In this document: positions 9,010 to 17,927 of the stretch, piece after piece
How positions within the stretch are numbered: the stretch's first letter is position 1
Layout of the letters: the number at the start of each line of letters is the position of its first letter
The notes under the pieces: model-generated
The model's database searches: none
What the model was told of the DNA's origin: nothing
What the model saw: the letters and a program-made list of their open reading frames with translations, nothing else
Translations under genes and position numbers: made by a program
DNA from: Limisphaerales bacterium
GTDB taxonomy: Bacteria > Verrucomicrobiota > Verrucomicrobiia > Limisphaerales > UBA11358
Direction of reading: 5' to 3'
Assembly: GCA_043749955.1 (NCBI GenBank)
Contig: JAYVCM010000389.1
Coordinates: 1 to 43,527 of the forward strand
Length of the DNA stretch: 43,527 nt

Positions 9010-10491
9010 GTGAACTCGTCAAACATCCGCACATTTACCACGCAAGCCGCGCTTGCCGGTATTCTTGTTTTCACCGCGCACGCGGCTGATCCAACTTATT
9101 GGTCGTGGGCGCAGACGCCGGCGATGGGTTGGAATTCCTGGGATTGCTACGGCGCGGGCGTCTGGCAGACCGACGTGGTTGCCAACGCCGATTACATGGC
9201 GGCCAATCTCAAATCGCACGGCTGGAATCTCATCACGATTGACATCCAATGGTATGAGCCGCTCGCGCACACCACCGAATATCGCAAAGGCGCGGCGCTC
9301 GAAATGGATGCCAACGGTCGGTTGCTCCCTGCGCCAAACCGTTTTCCACTGACGGCGGAAACTCACTCGTTCAAACCCGTCGCCGATTATCTGCACGCGA
9401 AAGGTTTGAAATTTGGTTTGCATCTCTTGCGCGGCATTCCGCGCCAGGCCGTTGACCGCGACAACGCGCCGATTCTCGGCACGGAATTTCACGCGCGCGA
9501 CATCGCCGACACGAACAGCAGATGTTTTTGGAACACCGACATGTATGGCGTGGACATGACCAAGCCCGGCGCGCAGGCGTATTACGATTCGGTCTTCGCG
9601 CTGATGGCGTCGTGGGATTTGGATTTTGTGAAAGTGGACGACCTTTCCGCGCCGTATCACAAGGCCGAGATTGAGGCCATCCGCAAGGCGATTGACAAGA
9701 GCGGTCGCGCGATTGTTTTTTCAACGTCGCCCGGCGGCACGCCGCTCAACGAAGGCGAGCATGTCCAGACGCACGCGAACCAATGGCGCATCAGCGGCGA
9801 TTTTTGGGACGGGTGGCGGCAGCTTTACGAACAGTTCGCACGGCTCAACAACTGGACGCCGTTTCGCGGCGCGGGACACTGGCCGGACGCGGACATGATT
9901 CCGTTCGGCAACATCCGCGCGTGGACGACGAACGGCTGGACGCACTTCACGCGCGACGAGCATTACACGCTGATGACGTTGTGGGGCATCGCACGTTCGC
10001 CGCTCATTCTTGGCGGCAACCTGCCGAAGAACGACGACTTTGAACTGTCGTTGCTGACGAACGACGAAGTCATCACCGTGAACCAGAACTCCGCGAACAA
10101 CCACCAGCTTTTCAACACCAACAATCAGGTCGCGTGGATCGCCGACGTGCCGGGAACGAAAGACAAATACCTCGCCGTGTTCAATACTTCACCGCCGCCA
10201 CCACCCGGCGGTGGCCGTCGTCGCGGCCCGCCCGCTGGCGTTTCTACCAATGCGCCTGCTGCATCCACCAACGCGACTACAGCCGCGCCCGTCGTTGCGC
10301 CAGCGACAAATAATCCTGCCGCAAAATTGCCCGTCAGCATTTCTGTTTCACTCGCCGGCCTCGGCATCGGTGGCGCAGTAAAAGTGCGCGACCTCTGGAC
10401 ACACAAAGACCTCGGCGATTTCACCGGCGAATTCGCACCGGTCGTCAACTCGCATGGCGCGGGACTATACCGCGTGTCGCCTACCAAATGA
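9010..10491 (+). CDS. GH27-family glycosidase (alpha-galactosidase-like) with a low-complexity insertion in the C-terminal beta-sandwich
   Basis: GTG start followed by a signal peptide (AGILVFTAHAADP). Motifs MGWNSWDCYG and DFVKVDDL. The C-terminal AVFN...VSISVSLAGLGIGGAVKVRDLW sandwich is interrupted by SPPPPPGGGRRRGPPAGVSTNAPAASTNATTAAPVVAPATNNPAAK. Confidence 0.8.
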   Translation: MNSSNIRTFTTQAALAGILVFTAHAADPTYWSWAQTPAMGWNSWDCYGAGVWQTDVVANADYMAANLKSHGWNLITIDIQWYEPLAHTTEYRKGAALEMDANGRLLPAPNRFPLTAETHSFKPVADYLHAKGLKFGLHLLRGIPRQAVDRDNAPILGTEFHARDIADTNSRCFWNTDMYGVDMTKPGAQAYYDSVFALMASWDLDFVKVDDLSAPYHKAEIEAIRKAIDKSGRAIVFSTSPGGTPLNEGEHVQTHANQWRISGDFWDGWRQLYEQFARLNNWTPFRGAGHWPDADMIPFGNIRAWTTNGWTHFTRDEHYTLMTLWGIARSPLILGGNLPKNDDFELSLLTNDEVITVNQNSANNHQLFNTNNQVAWIADVPGTKDKYLAVFNTSPPPPPGGGRRRGPPAGVSTNAPAASTNATTAAPVVAPATNNPAAKLPVSISVSLAGLGIGGAVKVRDLWTHKDLGDFTGEFAPVVNSHGAGLYRVSPTK

Positions 10492-11714
10492 AAACATCCA
10501 TCAAAACTATCGCTCTCACCGTGTGGCTGCTCGTCGTTGCGGCGTGTCTCCACGCTGCGGAAACGACGCTGAAAAATTCCCGCACTGGGCCGTTCATCCT
10601 CGGCGCGGACATTTCGTGGGTGCCGGAAGACGAGGCGGACGGCGCGGAGTATTTTGACCACGGCGTGAAGAAAGACATTTTTGAAATCTTGAAGGAATAC
10701 AAATTCAACTACGTCCGGCTGCGGCTTTTCGTTGATCCAAAATCCACCAACGGCTACGCGCGCCGCCGCGCCGAGGCGTTTTGCGACCTTGCGCACGTCA
10801 AGGCACTCGCCAAACGTGCCCATGCGGCGGGCATGGGAATTCTTTTGGACGTGCATTACGGGGACACCTGGACTTCGCCCGGCCATCAGGACAAGCCCGT
10901 CGCGTGGCGCGATTTCAATGTCGAGCAACTCGCGCAGGCCGTCCACGACTTCACGCACCGCGCGATTTACGAAATGAAAACCAACGGCACGCCCGCCGAC
11001 ATGGTGCAGGTTGGCAATGAAATTTCCGACGGCATGCTGTTCCCCGACGGACGCCGCAGCAACTTCGACAACTTCGCCGCGTTCGTGAAAGCCGGGATCG
11101 CTGGCGCGAAGGAAGTTGATCCGAAAGTGAAAATTGTTTTGCACCATCACCTCGGCCGCAGCAACGAGCGCGTGCGCGACTGGGTGGACAATTTTGTGAA
11201 GCGCGGCACGGACTTCGACATCATCGGCATGTCGTGCTACGCGCAGGCGCAGGAAGGCGACTGGAAAAATAATTTCGCCGACCTCGCGAAGCGTTATCCC
11301 GACAAGGGCCTGCTCGCCCTCGAATACTCCGCGCGCAAACGGTTCATCAACGACCTCATGTTCGAGACGCCGGATAAAAAAGGCCTCGGCACTTTCATTT
11401 GGGAGCCGACGCGGCATCGCGAATCGCTGTTCGACAAAGACGGCAAGAGCGCGGGTGGCGGACAAGAATCAAACTTCACCACCGACACCGGCATCGCGCA
11501 GGGCGCGCGGATGCGGACGAATTCAATTTTACGGACGAATCTTTCGGTGACGGCTCCGGTCAACACCAATTCACCCGAAGCCATCTTCCGCAGTTTCGGC
11601 ACGAACGAAAACGCGCGGGCGACCTGGCGTCAGCGACGTTTCGGCGGGCGCTATGAAGCGAACGATTTTTTCAGCATGTATCCGCAGATGTCCCGCGACT
11701 ACGGCAACCCTTGA
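10488..11714 (+). CDS. arabinogalactan endo-beta-1,4-galactanase, GH53
   Basis: ATGA overlap with the upstream stop. Signal peptide. Motifs GADISWVPEDEA, VQVGNEISDGMLFP and GTFIWEP (the two catalytic Glu contexts of GH53). Confidence 0.82.
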   Translation: MKTSIKTIALTVWLLVVAACLHAAETTLKNSRTGPFILGADISWVPEDEADGAEYFDHGVKKDIFEILKEYKFNYVRLRLFVDPKSTNGYARRRAEAFCDLAHVKALAKRAHAAGMGILLDVHYGDTWTSPGHQDKPVAWRDFNVEQLAQAVHDFTHRAIYEMKTNGTPADMVQVGNEISDGMLFPDGRRSNFDNFAAFVKAGIAGAKEVDPKVKIVLHHHLGRSNERVRDWVDNFVKRGTDFDIIGMSCYAQAQEGDWKNNFADLAKRYPDKGLLALEYSARKRFINDLMFETPDKKGLGTFIWEPTRHRESLFDKDGKSAGGGQESNFTTDTGIAQGARMRTNSILRTNLSVTAPVNTNSPEAIFRSFGTNENARATWRQRRFGGRYEANDFFSMYPQMSRDYGNP

Positions 11715-11765
11715 TTCAAGAAAATACAAAAAATCACGGGACTCCGTCCCTAACCTAAATTTGTT

Positions 11766-13022
11766 ATGGCTACGAACCATTTTAAACTCGCAATTTGCGC
11801 TGGGCTGCTCGCGCCCGTCACATGGATGGGTTGCCAGACGGTGCCTAAAACTGCGGTAGGAACATATATTCCATCCACCGCCACTGATCCTAAAGCACCC
11901 TTGCACGTCACGCCGATGCACACGACGCATCCGGAAGTTTTCTCTGGCATTTCCGGCCCCGGTCATCCCGTCGTTGGTGATGGCTACGGCGGTTATCGCA
12001 CCGGTCGCGAGGGAACAATGTATCGCGGCGATGAACCGGCGAAACCCGGCTGGCTCGACCTTGGTGATCGCGCGCACGGCACGGCGGTTCGCGATGGAAT
12101 GATTCCCCCGCTGCGTCCCATCTGGGAACTGCATCTGCGCGATACCATCATCAATAAAGGCGGCGATGGTTTTTATTACATGACCGGCTCAACCGGCGAC
12201 AACATCTGGGACATCACTTGCGGCATCGAACTCTGGCGCTCCAAGGATTTGAAGAAATGGGATTACGTCGGCTTGGTTTGGAGTTTCGTGAAGGACGCGA
12301 CGTGGGAAAAAAATGCGCGCTACGTCTGGGCGCCGGAGATTCATTACGTTCGCGGCAATTATTATTTTGCTTACTGCGTTTCCGGCGGGCAAGGCGGCGG
12401 CACGGGCATCCTAAAAAGTTCGACCGGCAAACCCGAAGGCCCGTATGTTTTTTCGTTTACCAACAACGCCCGCATCGGCGGTGGAATTGACGCGACGCTG
12501 TTTGAAGATGACGACGGCTCGGTTTATTTCACCAGCGGCGGCGCGGGTTCCATCAGGAAAATGTTGCCGGACATGAGCGGATTTGACGGCCCCGCGCACA
12601 GCATTCAATTTGAAAAACCGGCGGACGGAAGCTGGACGCGCAACAACATCGCGCAGGAAGGCGCATCGCTGTTCAAGCACAACGGAATTTATTATCTCGG
12701 CGGCGCGGGTTTCTACCAAGGCCGTTACAGCAGCGTGGTCGCCATGTCCACGAACCTTTTTGGCCCGTATAAAAACTGGCACGAGGCCGTGCCGTGCGGC
12801 GGCGGTGGAAATTATTTCAAAGGCCCGGACGGGTTCTGGTATTGCACTTACTTCGGCAACGACGACCAGTCACCGTGGCGCGAGAAGCCCGGCATTGTGC
12901 GGATTGATTTTGCGGCGGACGGTCGCATTATGATTGCCGATGAGCAGCCCGCCTTCATTTTGAAAAAGGGCGCATTTACGCACTGGCGCACGAATCCTCC
13001 TGCTTCAACCGTCAATAAATGA
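11766..13022 (+). CDS. GH43-family glycoside hydrolase, lipoprotein
   Basis: Lipobox-like LAPVTWMGC. Motifs RDTIINKGGDGFYYMTGS, VWAPEIHYVRGNYYFAY, IDATLFEDDDGSVYF and QEGASLFKHNGIYYL. Confidence 0.82.
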   Translation: MATNHFKLAICAGLLAPVTWMGCQTVPKTAVGTYIPSTATDPKAPLHVTPMHTTHPEVFSGISGPGHPVVGDGYGGYRTGREGTMYRGDEPAKPGWLDLGDRAHGTAVRDGMIPPLRPIWELHLRDTIINKGGDGFYYMTGSTGDNIWDITCGIELWRSKDLKKWDYVGLVWSFVKDATWEKNARYVWAPEIHYVRGNYYFAYCVSGGQGGGTGILKSSTGKPEGPYVFSFTNNARIGGGIDATLFEDDDGSVYFTSGGAGSIRKMLPDMSGFDGPAHSIQFEKPADGSWTRNNIAQEGASLFKHNGIYYLGGAGFYQGRYSSVVAMSTNLFGPYKNWHEAVPCGGGGNYFKGPDGFWYCTYFGNDDQSPWREKPGIVRIDFAADGRIMIADEQPAFILKKGAFTHWRTNPPASTVNK

Positions 13023-14617
13023 AAATGAAAATCATCGCTCAAATCAATTTGGTTGCCGGCGCATTGTTTTTTTCTGCCAAAATGCTTGGCGCGGCGGAAT
13101 TGGCAACTAACGTGACGATGGCTTCCGCAGCGCCTGGTCCCGCGCCGGTGATTCTTACGCCTAAATCTGCCGCCACGCCGCGCATCAATGGCGCGAAAAT
13201 TTTCGGCGTGCGCCCCGGTTCGCCGTTTTATTATTGCATCCCCGCGACCGGCGACCGGCCGATGACTTTCACCGCCGATGGATTGCCGGAAGGGTTGCAA
13301 TTTGATCCGGCGAGCGGACGCATCACCGGCACACTGAAAATCCCCGGCGAATTCAAAGTCACGTTGCGCGCAAAAAATTCCCTTGGCGAATCAGAGAAAC
13401 CATTTCGCATCGTCGTGGGTGAAGAGATTCAACTCACGCCCGCGATGGGGTGGAACAGTTACAATTGTTTTGGCGAGCGCGTCACGCAAGACCTCGCGTT
13501 GCGCGCGGCGAGGCAGATGATCAAGCTCGGCTTGGATCAGCACGGCTGGACTTACATCAACATGGACGACGGCTGGCAGGGCACGCGCACCGGGCCGTTC
13601 ACTGCGCTGCAAGCCGATGCGCAACGCTTCACGGACATCAAGGCGATGGTGGATGAAATTCACGGCATGGGATTGAAGGCCGGACTTTATTCAAGTCCGT
13701 GGGTCGTTACCTACGGCGGCAAGCCCGGCGGCTCGGCGGAAAATCCCGAAGGCACGTCGCAACGCTGGCCGGGCGGCGCGGCAAAGAACAAAAAAGTCCT
13801 GCCTTCGGCCATCGGTAAATACCGGTTCACTTACCAGGACGCGCAACAGTTCGCCGACTGGGGTTTTGATTATTTGAAACTGGACTGGGGTCCGGTGGAA
13901 GCGCCGGAAACAAAAGAGATGCATCAGGCATTGCGGCTCACGCGCCGCGACATCGTGTTGAGCCTTTCTAACAACCACATCAAAAGTTTGTTGCCGATCA
14001 TCGGCGATGTTTCGCCGTGGGCGCAGTCGTGGCGCACGACCACGGACATCCGCGATGTCTGGAGTCGCGTCGCCAATGACATTGGTTTCAGCCAGCAGCC
14101 GTGGGCGACCTCTTGCCGTCCGGGTCATTTCAACGATGCCGACATGCTTGTCGTCGGGCAGATCGGCGGCTGGCCTCCGAGCAATCTGCATCCGACCAAA
14201 CTCACGCCGGATGAACAATATCTCCACATCAGTCTCTGGTGTCTCCTGACGAGTCCGCTGCTCATCGGTTGCGACATGGAGAAAATGGACGACTTCACCT
14301 TGAGCCTGCTTACCAACGACGAAGTGCTGGAAGTGAATCAAGACACGCTCTGCAAACAAGCCGTGCAAGTCGGCGGAGACGGCGACCTGAAAGTTTATGC
14401 GAAACCGCTGGATGACGGTTCGCTCGCCGTCGGTCTGTTCAATACCGGCAAAGAATCTGCAACAGCCACAGCGAACTGGTATGATTTGAAACTCAAAGGC
14501 AAGCAGCGCGTGCGCGATCTCTGGCGGCAAAAAGACCTCGGCGTGTTCGCCGATAAATTTGAAGCGCCCGTCGCCGCGCATGGCGTGGTGTTCGTCCGCA
14601 TTTTCCCGAATCCATAA
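13019..14617 (+). CDS. GH27-family glycosidase with an N-terminal Ig-like domain
   Basis: ATGA overlap with the upstream stop. Signal peptide. Ig-like segment FTADGLPEGLQFDPASGRITGT, then MGWNSYNCFG, YINMDDGWQG and DYLKLDWG. Confidence 0.82.
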   Translation: MKMKIIAQINLVAGALFFSAKMLGAAELATNVTMASAAPGPAPVILTPKSAATPRINGAKIFGVRPGSPFYYCIPATGDRPMTFTADGLPEGLQFDPASGRITGTLKIPGEFKVTLRAKNSLGESEKPFRIVVGEEIQLTPAMGWNSYNCFGERVTQDLALRAARQMIKLGLDQHGWTYINMDDGWQGTRTGPFTALQADAQRFTDIKAMVDEIHGMGLKAGLYSSPWVVTYGGKPGGSAENPEGTSQRWPGGAAKNKKVLPSAIGKYRFTYQDAQQFADWGFDYLKLDWGPVEAPETKEMHQALRLTRRDIVLSLSNNHIKSLLPIIGDVSPWAQSWRTTTDIRDVWSRVANDIGFSQQPWATSCRPGHFNDADMLVVGQIGGWPPSNLHPTKLTPDEQYLHISLWCLLTSPLLIGCDMEKMDDFTLSLLTNDEVLEVNQDTLCKQAVQVGGDGDLKVYAKPLDDGSLAVGLFNTGKESATATANWYDLKLKGKQRVRDLWRQKDLGVFADKFEAPVAAHGVVFVRIFPNP

Positions 14618-14638
14618 AACGAAAAATTAAATACCGCT

Positions 14639-16267
14639 GTGAAAAATCCATTATCACGTCGCAAATTTCTCAAAACATCCGCGCTCACCACCGGTGCCGG
14701 ACTGACCGCGCCATTGTGGTTGTCGCATCTGCTCGCTGCCGGGGAAACGCCCGCCGCCGGTTACGCGATTGCGCCCGGCCCGTTCCAGCCGACTTGGGAA
14801 TCGCTGGAGCAGAATTACAAACTGCCCGACTGGTATCGCAACGCGAAGTTCGGCATCTGGATGCACTGGGGTCCGCAGAGCCAGCCGGGTGACGGCGACT
14901 GGAACGCGAAATATATGTATGACCAGGGCCGGCCGCAGTATCAGTTTGCCCTGCAAAAATACGGGCATCCGTCGAAGTTCGGTTTCAAAGATGTCTGCAA
15001 CGATTGGAAGGCGGAAAAGTGGGATCCCGCCGCGCTGCTCAAGCGTTTCCAAGGCGCGGGCGCGAAGTTTCTCGTCCAGATGGCGAACCACCACGACAAC
15101 TTCGACAATTTCAATTCAAAATTTCAGCCATGGAATTCCGTCAACGTCGGCCCGAAAAAAGACATCGTCGGCACTTGGCAAAAACTCGTGACCGCAGCCG
15201 GCATGAAATTTGGCGTCAGCGTTCACGCCGCGCGCGCATGGAACTGGTATGAAGACGCGCAAGGCAGCGACAAAACCGGGCCGCTCGCGGGCGTCCCCTA
15301 CGACGGCAAGCTGACGAAGGCGGACGGCAAAGGTTTGTGGTGGGACGGCCTCGACCCGCAGGATTTGTATGCGCAGAACCACGCCATCGGCGCGGAACCG
15401 GACGCGGCTTATGTCACCAAGTTTTTCAACCGCATCAAAGACCTGATTGATGGGTATCATCCCGACCTGATTTTTTTCGACGACTCCAAGCTGCCTCTGG
15501 GCGACGTGGGGTTGAACCTCGCCGCACATTTCTACAACGCCAATCAAAAATGGCACGACGGGAATCTTCAGGCCGTCATCATTTCCAACGGCAATTCCGT
15601 GGCCGAGCAACAGGGCATCGTCAACAACTTTGAACGCAACATGTCGCTTGATCTGCTGCGAATCCCGTGGAACAAGGGCAGCACCGTCGGCCCGTGGCAT
15701 TACAGCATCGCCGATTACAACAAGGGCTACACAAAATCCGCGACGTGGATTCATCTGCTCGTGGATGTGGTCAGCAAAAACGGGACGCTGCTGCTTTCGT
15801 TCCCGTTGCCCGGCGACGGCGCGCTGGACAACAAGGCCATCGCAGTTCTCGACGCCATGACCAGTTGGATGGCCGTCAACAGCGAGTGCATTTACGACAC
15901 GCGTCCGTGGGTGATTTACGGCGAAGGCCCGTCCGTGAAAAACGACGCCACCGCGAAAGAGACTGCGGGCAATCCGCCGCGCGGCCTCGGCCCGGCTTTG
16001 AACGCGAGCGACATCCGCTTCACCACCAAGGGCGATGTGCTATATGCGGTCGTGATGGGCTGGCCCGAAGGCGGGAAGACAACCATCAAATCGCTCGCCA
16101 CCAACTCGCCGAATTATAAACGCGAGATTGGCAGCATCGAAATGCTCGGCTCATCCGGGAAACTGGAATTCGCCCGCGACGAAAGCGGATTGACCGTGAC
16201 GCTCCCGACGCAGAGAACCAAAACCGACGATTTCGGCGTTGCCCTAAAAGTCATCCCGAAAGTCTGA
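14639..16267 (+). CDS. alpha-L-fucosidase, GH29 (Tat signal)
   Basis: GTG start. Twin-arginine leader MKNPLSRRKFLKTSALTTGAGL. Motifs FGIWMHWGPQSQ and ANHHDNFDNFNSKFQPWNS. Closest paralog in the window is 21296..23044. Confidence 0.85.
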   Translation: MKNPLSRRKFLKTSALTTGAGLTAPLWLSHLLAAGETPAAGYAIAPGPFQPTWESLEQNYKLPDWYRNAKFGIWMHWGPQSQPGDGDWNAKYMYDQGRPQYQFALQKYGHPSKFGFKDVCNDWKAEKWDPAALLKRFQGAGAKFLVQMANHHDNFDNFNSKFQPWNSVNVGPKKDIVGTWQKLVTAAGMKFGVSVHAARAWNWYEDAQGSDKTGPLAGVPYDGKLTKADGKGLWWDGLDPQDLYAQNHAIGAEPDAAYVTKFFNRIKDLIDGYHPDLIFFDDSKLPLGDVGLNLAAHFYNANQKWHDGNLQAVIISNGNSVAEQQGIVNNFERNMSLDLLRIPWNKGSTVGPWHYSIADYNKGYTKSATWIHLLVDVVSKNGTLLLSFPLPGDGALDNKAIAVLDAMTSWMAVNSECIYDTRPWVIYGEGPSVKNDATAKETAGNPPRGLGPALNASDIRFTTKGDVLYAVVMGWPEGGKTTIKSLATNSPNYKREIGSIEMLGSSGKLEFARDESGLTVTLPTQRTKTDDFGVALKVIPKV

Positions 16268-16304
16268 TCTGTTTTAATTCTCCATGAAAACTTAAAACTA
16301 TTTT

Positions 16305-17927
16305 ATGAATCATTCCCGAACCCTCGCGCTCGTCGCATTGGCAATCTTGACCGCAAAGTTGTCGCCATCGGTTTTCGCACAGGCTAATTCTAACATGGTC
16401 GAGGCAACCCAACCGGCGCAAACCAACCGCGTCCAAGATGCGAGGCGCGCGAATCGCAGCGCGGCGGTTGCCGTCGCCGCCGCGAAGTTGCCGGCGATTC
16501 CGCCCGGCCCGGTGCAGCCGGCATGGGAATCCATCCGCGCAAATTACCAAGACCCCGATTGGTTTCGCGACGGCAAGTTCGGCATCATGATGCACTGGGG
16601 CATCTACTCTGTCCCGGCACACGGCAGCGAGTGGTATGTGCGCTATATGTATGGCGGCAACAAAGGCATGATGCAGTGGCACACGGAACACTTCGGGTCG
16701 CCGACCAACTTTGGCTACAAGGATTTTTTCCCGATGTTCACCGCCGCCAAATGGGATCCGGATGCGTGGGCGCAATTGTTCAAGGACGCGGGCGCAAAAT
16801 ACGTCATCGCCAGCGGCGAACATCACGACGGCTTTTCCAATTGGAAGAGCGACATCAATAAATTCAACTCGTTCAACTACGGGCCGCATCGCGACCTCGT
16901 TGGCGACCTCACCGCCGCCGTGCGCAAAGTCGGATTGAAAACCGGCGTGGCCAATCACAGCAACGCGCATTTCGATTTCATTCCGGCCCTGCCCGGCAGC
17001 GACGAATTTGATCCCGAATGGTCTGCGTTTTATAGCGTCGCCGACCGCAGCGACGCCGCGTATGCGAAGTTTGTCGAAACGTGGACGACCAAAAACATGG
17101 AACTCATCGACAAATATCAGCCCGACATGCTCTGGTTTGATTTTAACGGCAGCGACCGCAGTTGGGATCCGCTCAAGGTGCGGCTCGCCGCGTATTACTA
17201 CAACCGCGCGGCGGCGTGGGGCAAACAGGTGGCGATCAGCAGCAAGGGCCAGTCGTTTCTGGCGGGGATGTTGATGGATTACGAGCGGCAGGGACGCGCG
17301 CCGAAAAAAATGACGGACTATGTCTGGCAGCCGGATGATCCCATCGCCGACAAATTCGGCTACGTCGAAGTCCCGGATGCGAACGGAAAAATGGTGGGTC
17401 TGCCGTTGAAATCGCCCGGCGGCATCGTGGGCAACCTCGTCAACAACGTCAGCCGCAACGGAAATTATTTGCTGAACATTTCGCCCAAGGCCGACGGCAC
17501 GATTCCCGACGACCAGCAGCGGGCGTTGCTCGCCATCGGCAAATGGCTCGGTGTGAACGGCGACGCGATTTACGGCACGCGCCCGTGGAAAATGTCCGAG
17601 GAAGGCCGCGTGCATTTCACGACGAAAGACCAGACGCTTTACGCGATCAGCCGCGCATGGCCGACAAATGAACTTGTCATTCCCGCGCTCGGCGATGGAA
17701 AAGGAGTTGAAGGTAAGATCACGAAAGTCGAATTGCTTGGCCACGATGGCGTGCTGGAATTCACTCAGAACGCTGCCGGACTCAAAGTGAAATTTCCCGC
17801 GCAGAAACCCTGTGACTACGCCTACTCCTTGAAAATTTCGGGATTGAAGCTTCCGCCCGCCGCTGCCTCCAAGCCGGTTGACCCGGCCACACTTCCATCG
17901 GATGCCACCGGCATCATTCAACAATGA
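16305..17927 (+). CDS. alpha-L-fucosidase, GH29 (Sec signal)
   Basis: Signal peptide ALVALAILTAKLSPSVFAQ. Motifs FGIMMHWGIYSVPAHGSEWY and GEHHDGFSNWKS. Closest paralog in the window is 7483..8970. Confidence 0.88.
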   Translation: MNHSRTLALVALAILTAKLSPSVFAQANSNMVEATQPAQTNRVQDARRANRSAAVAVAAAKLPAIPPGPVQPAWESIRANYQDPDWFRDGKFGIMMHWGIYSVPAHGSEWYVRYMYGGNKGMMQWHTEHFGSPTNFGYKDFFPMFTAAKWDPDAWAQLFKDAGAKYVIASGEHHDGFSNWKSDINKFNSFNYGPHRDLVGDLTAAVRKVGLKTGVANHSNAHFDFIPALPGSDEFDPEWSAFYSVADRSDAAYAKFVETWTTKNMELIDKYQPDMLWFDFNGSDRSWDPLKVRLAAYYYNRAAAWGKQVAISSKGQSFLAGMLMDYERQGRAPKKMTDYVWQPDDPIADKFGYVEVPDANGKMVGLPLKSPGGIVGNLVNNVSRNGNYLLNISPKADGTIPDDQQRALLAIGKWLGVNGDAIYGTRPWKMSEEGRVHFTTKDQTLYAISRAWPTNELVIPALGDGKGVEGKITKVELLGHDGVLEFTQNAAGLKVKFPAQKPCDYAYSLKISGLKLPPAAASKPVDPATLPSDATGIIQQ

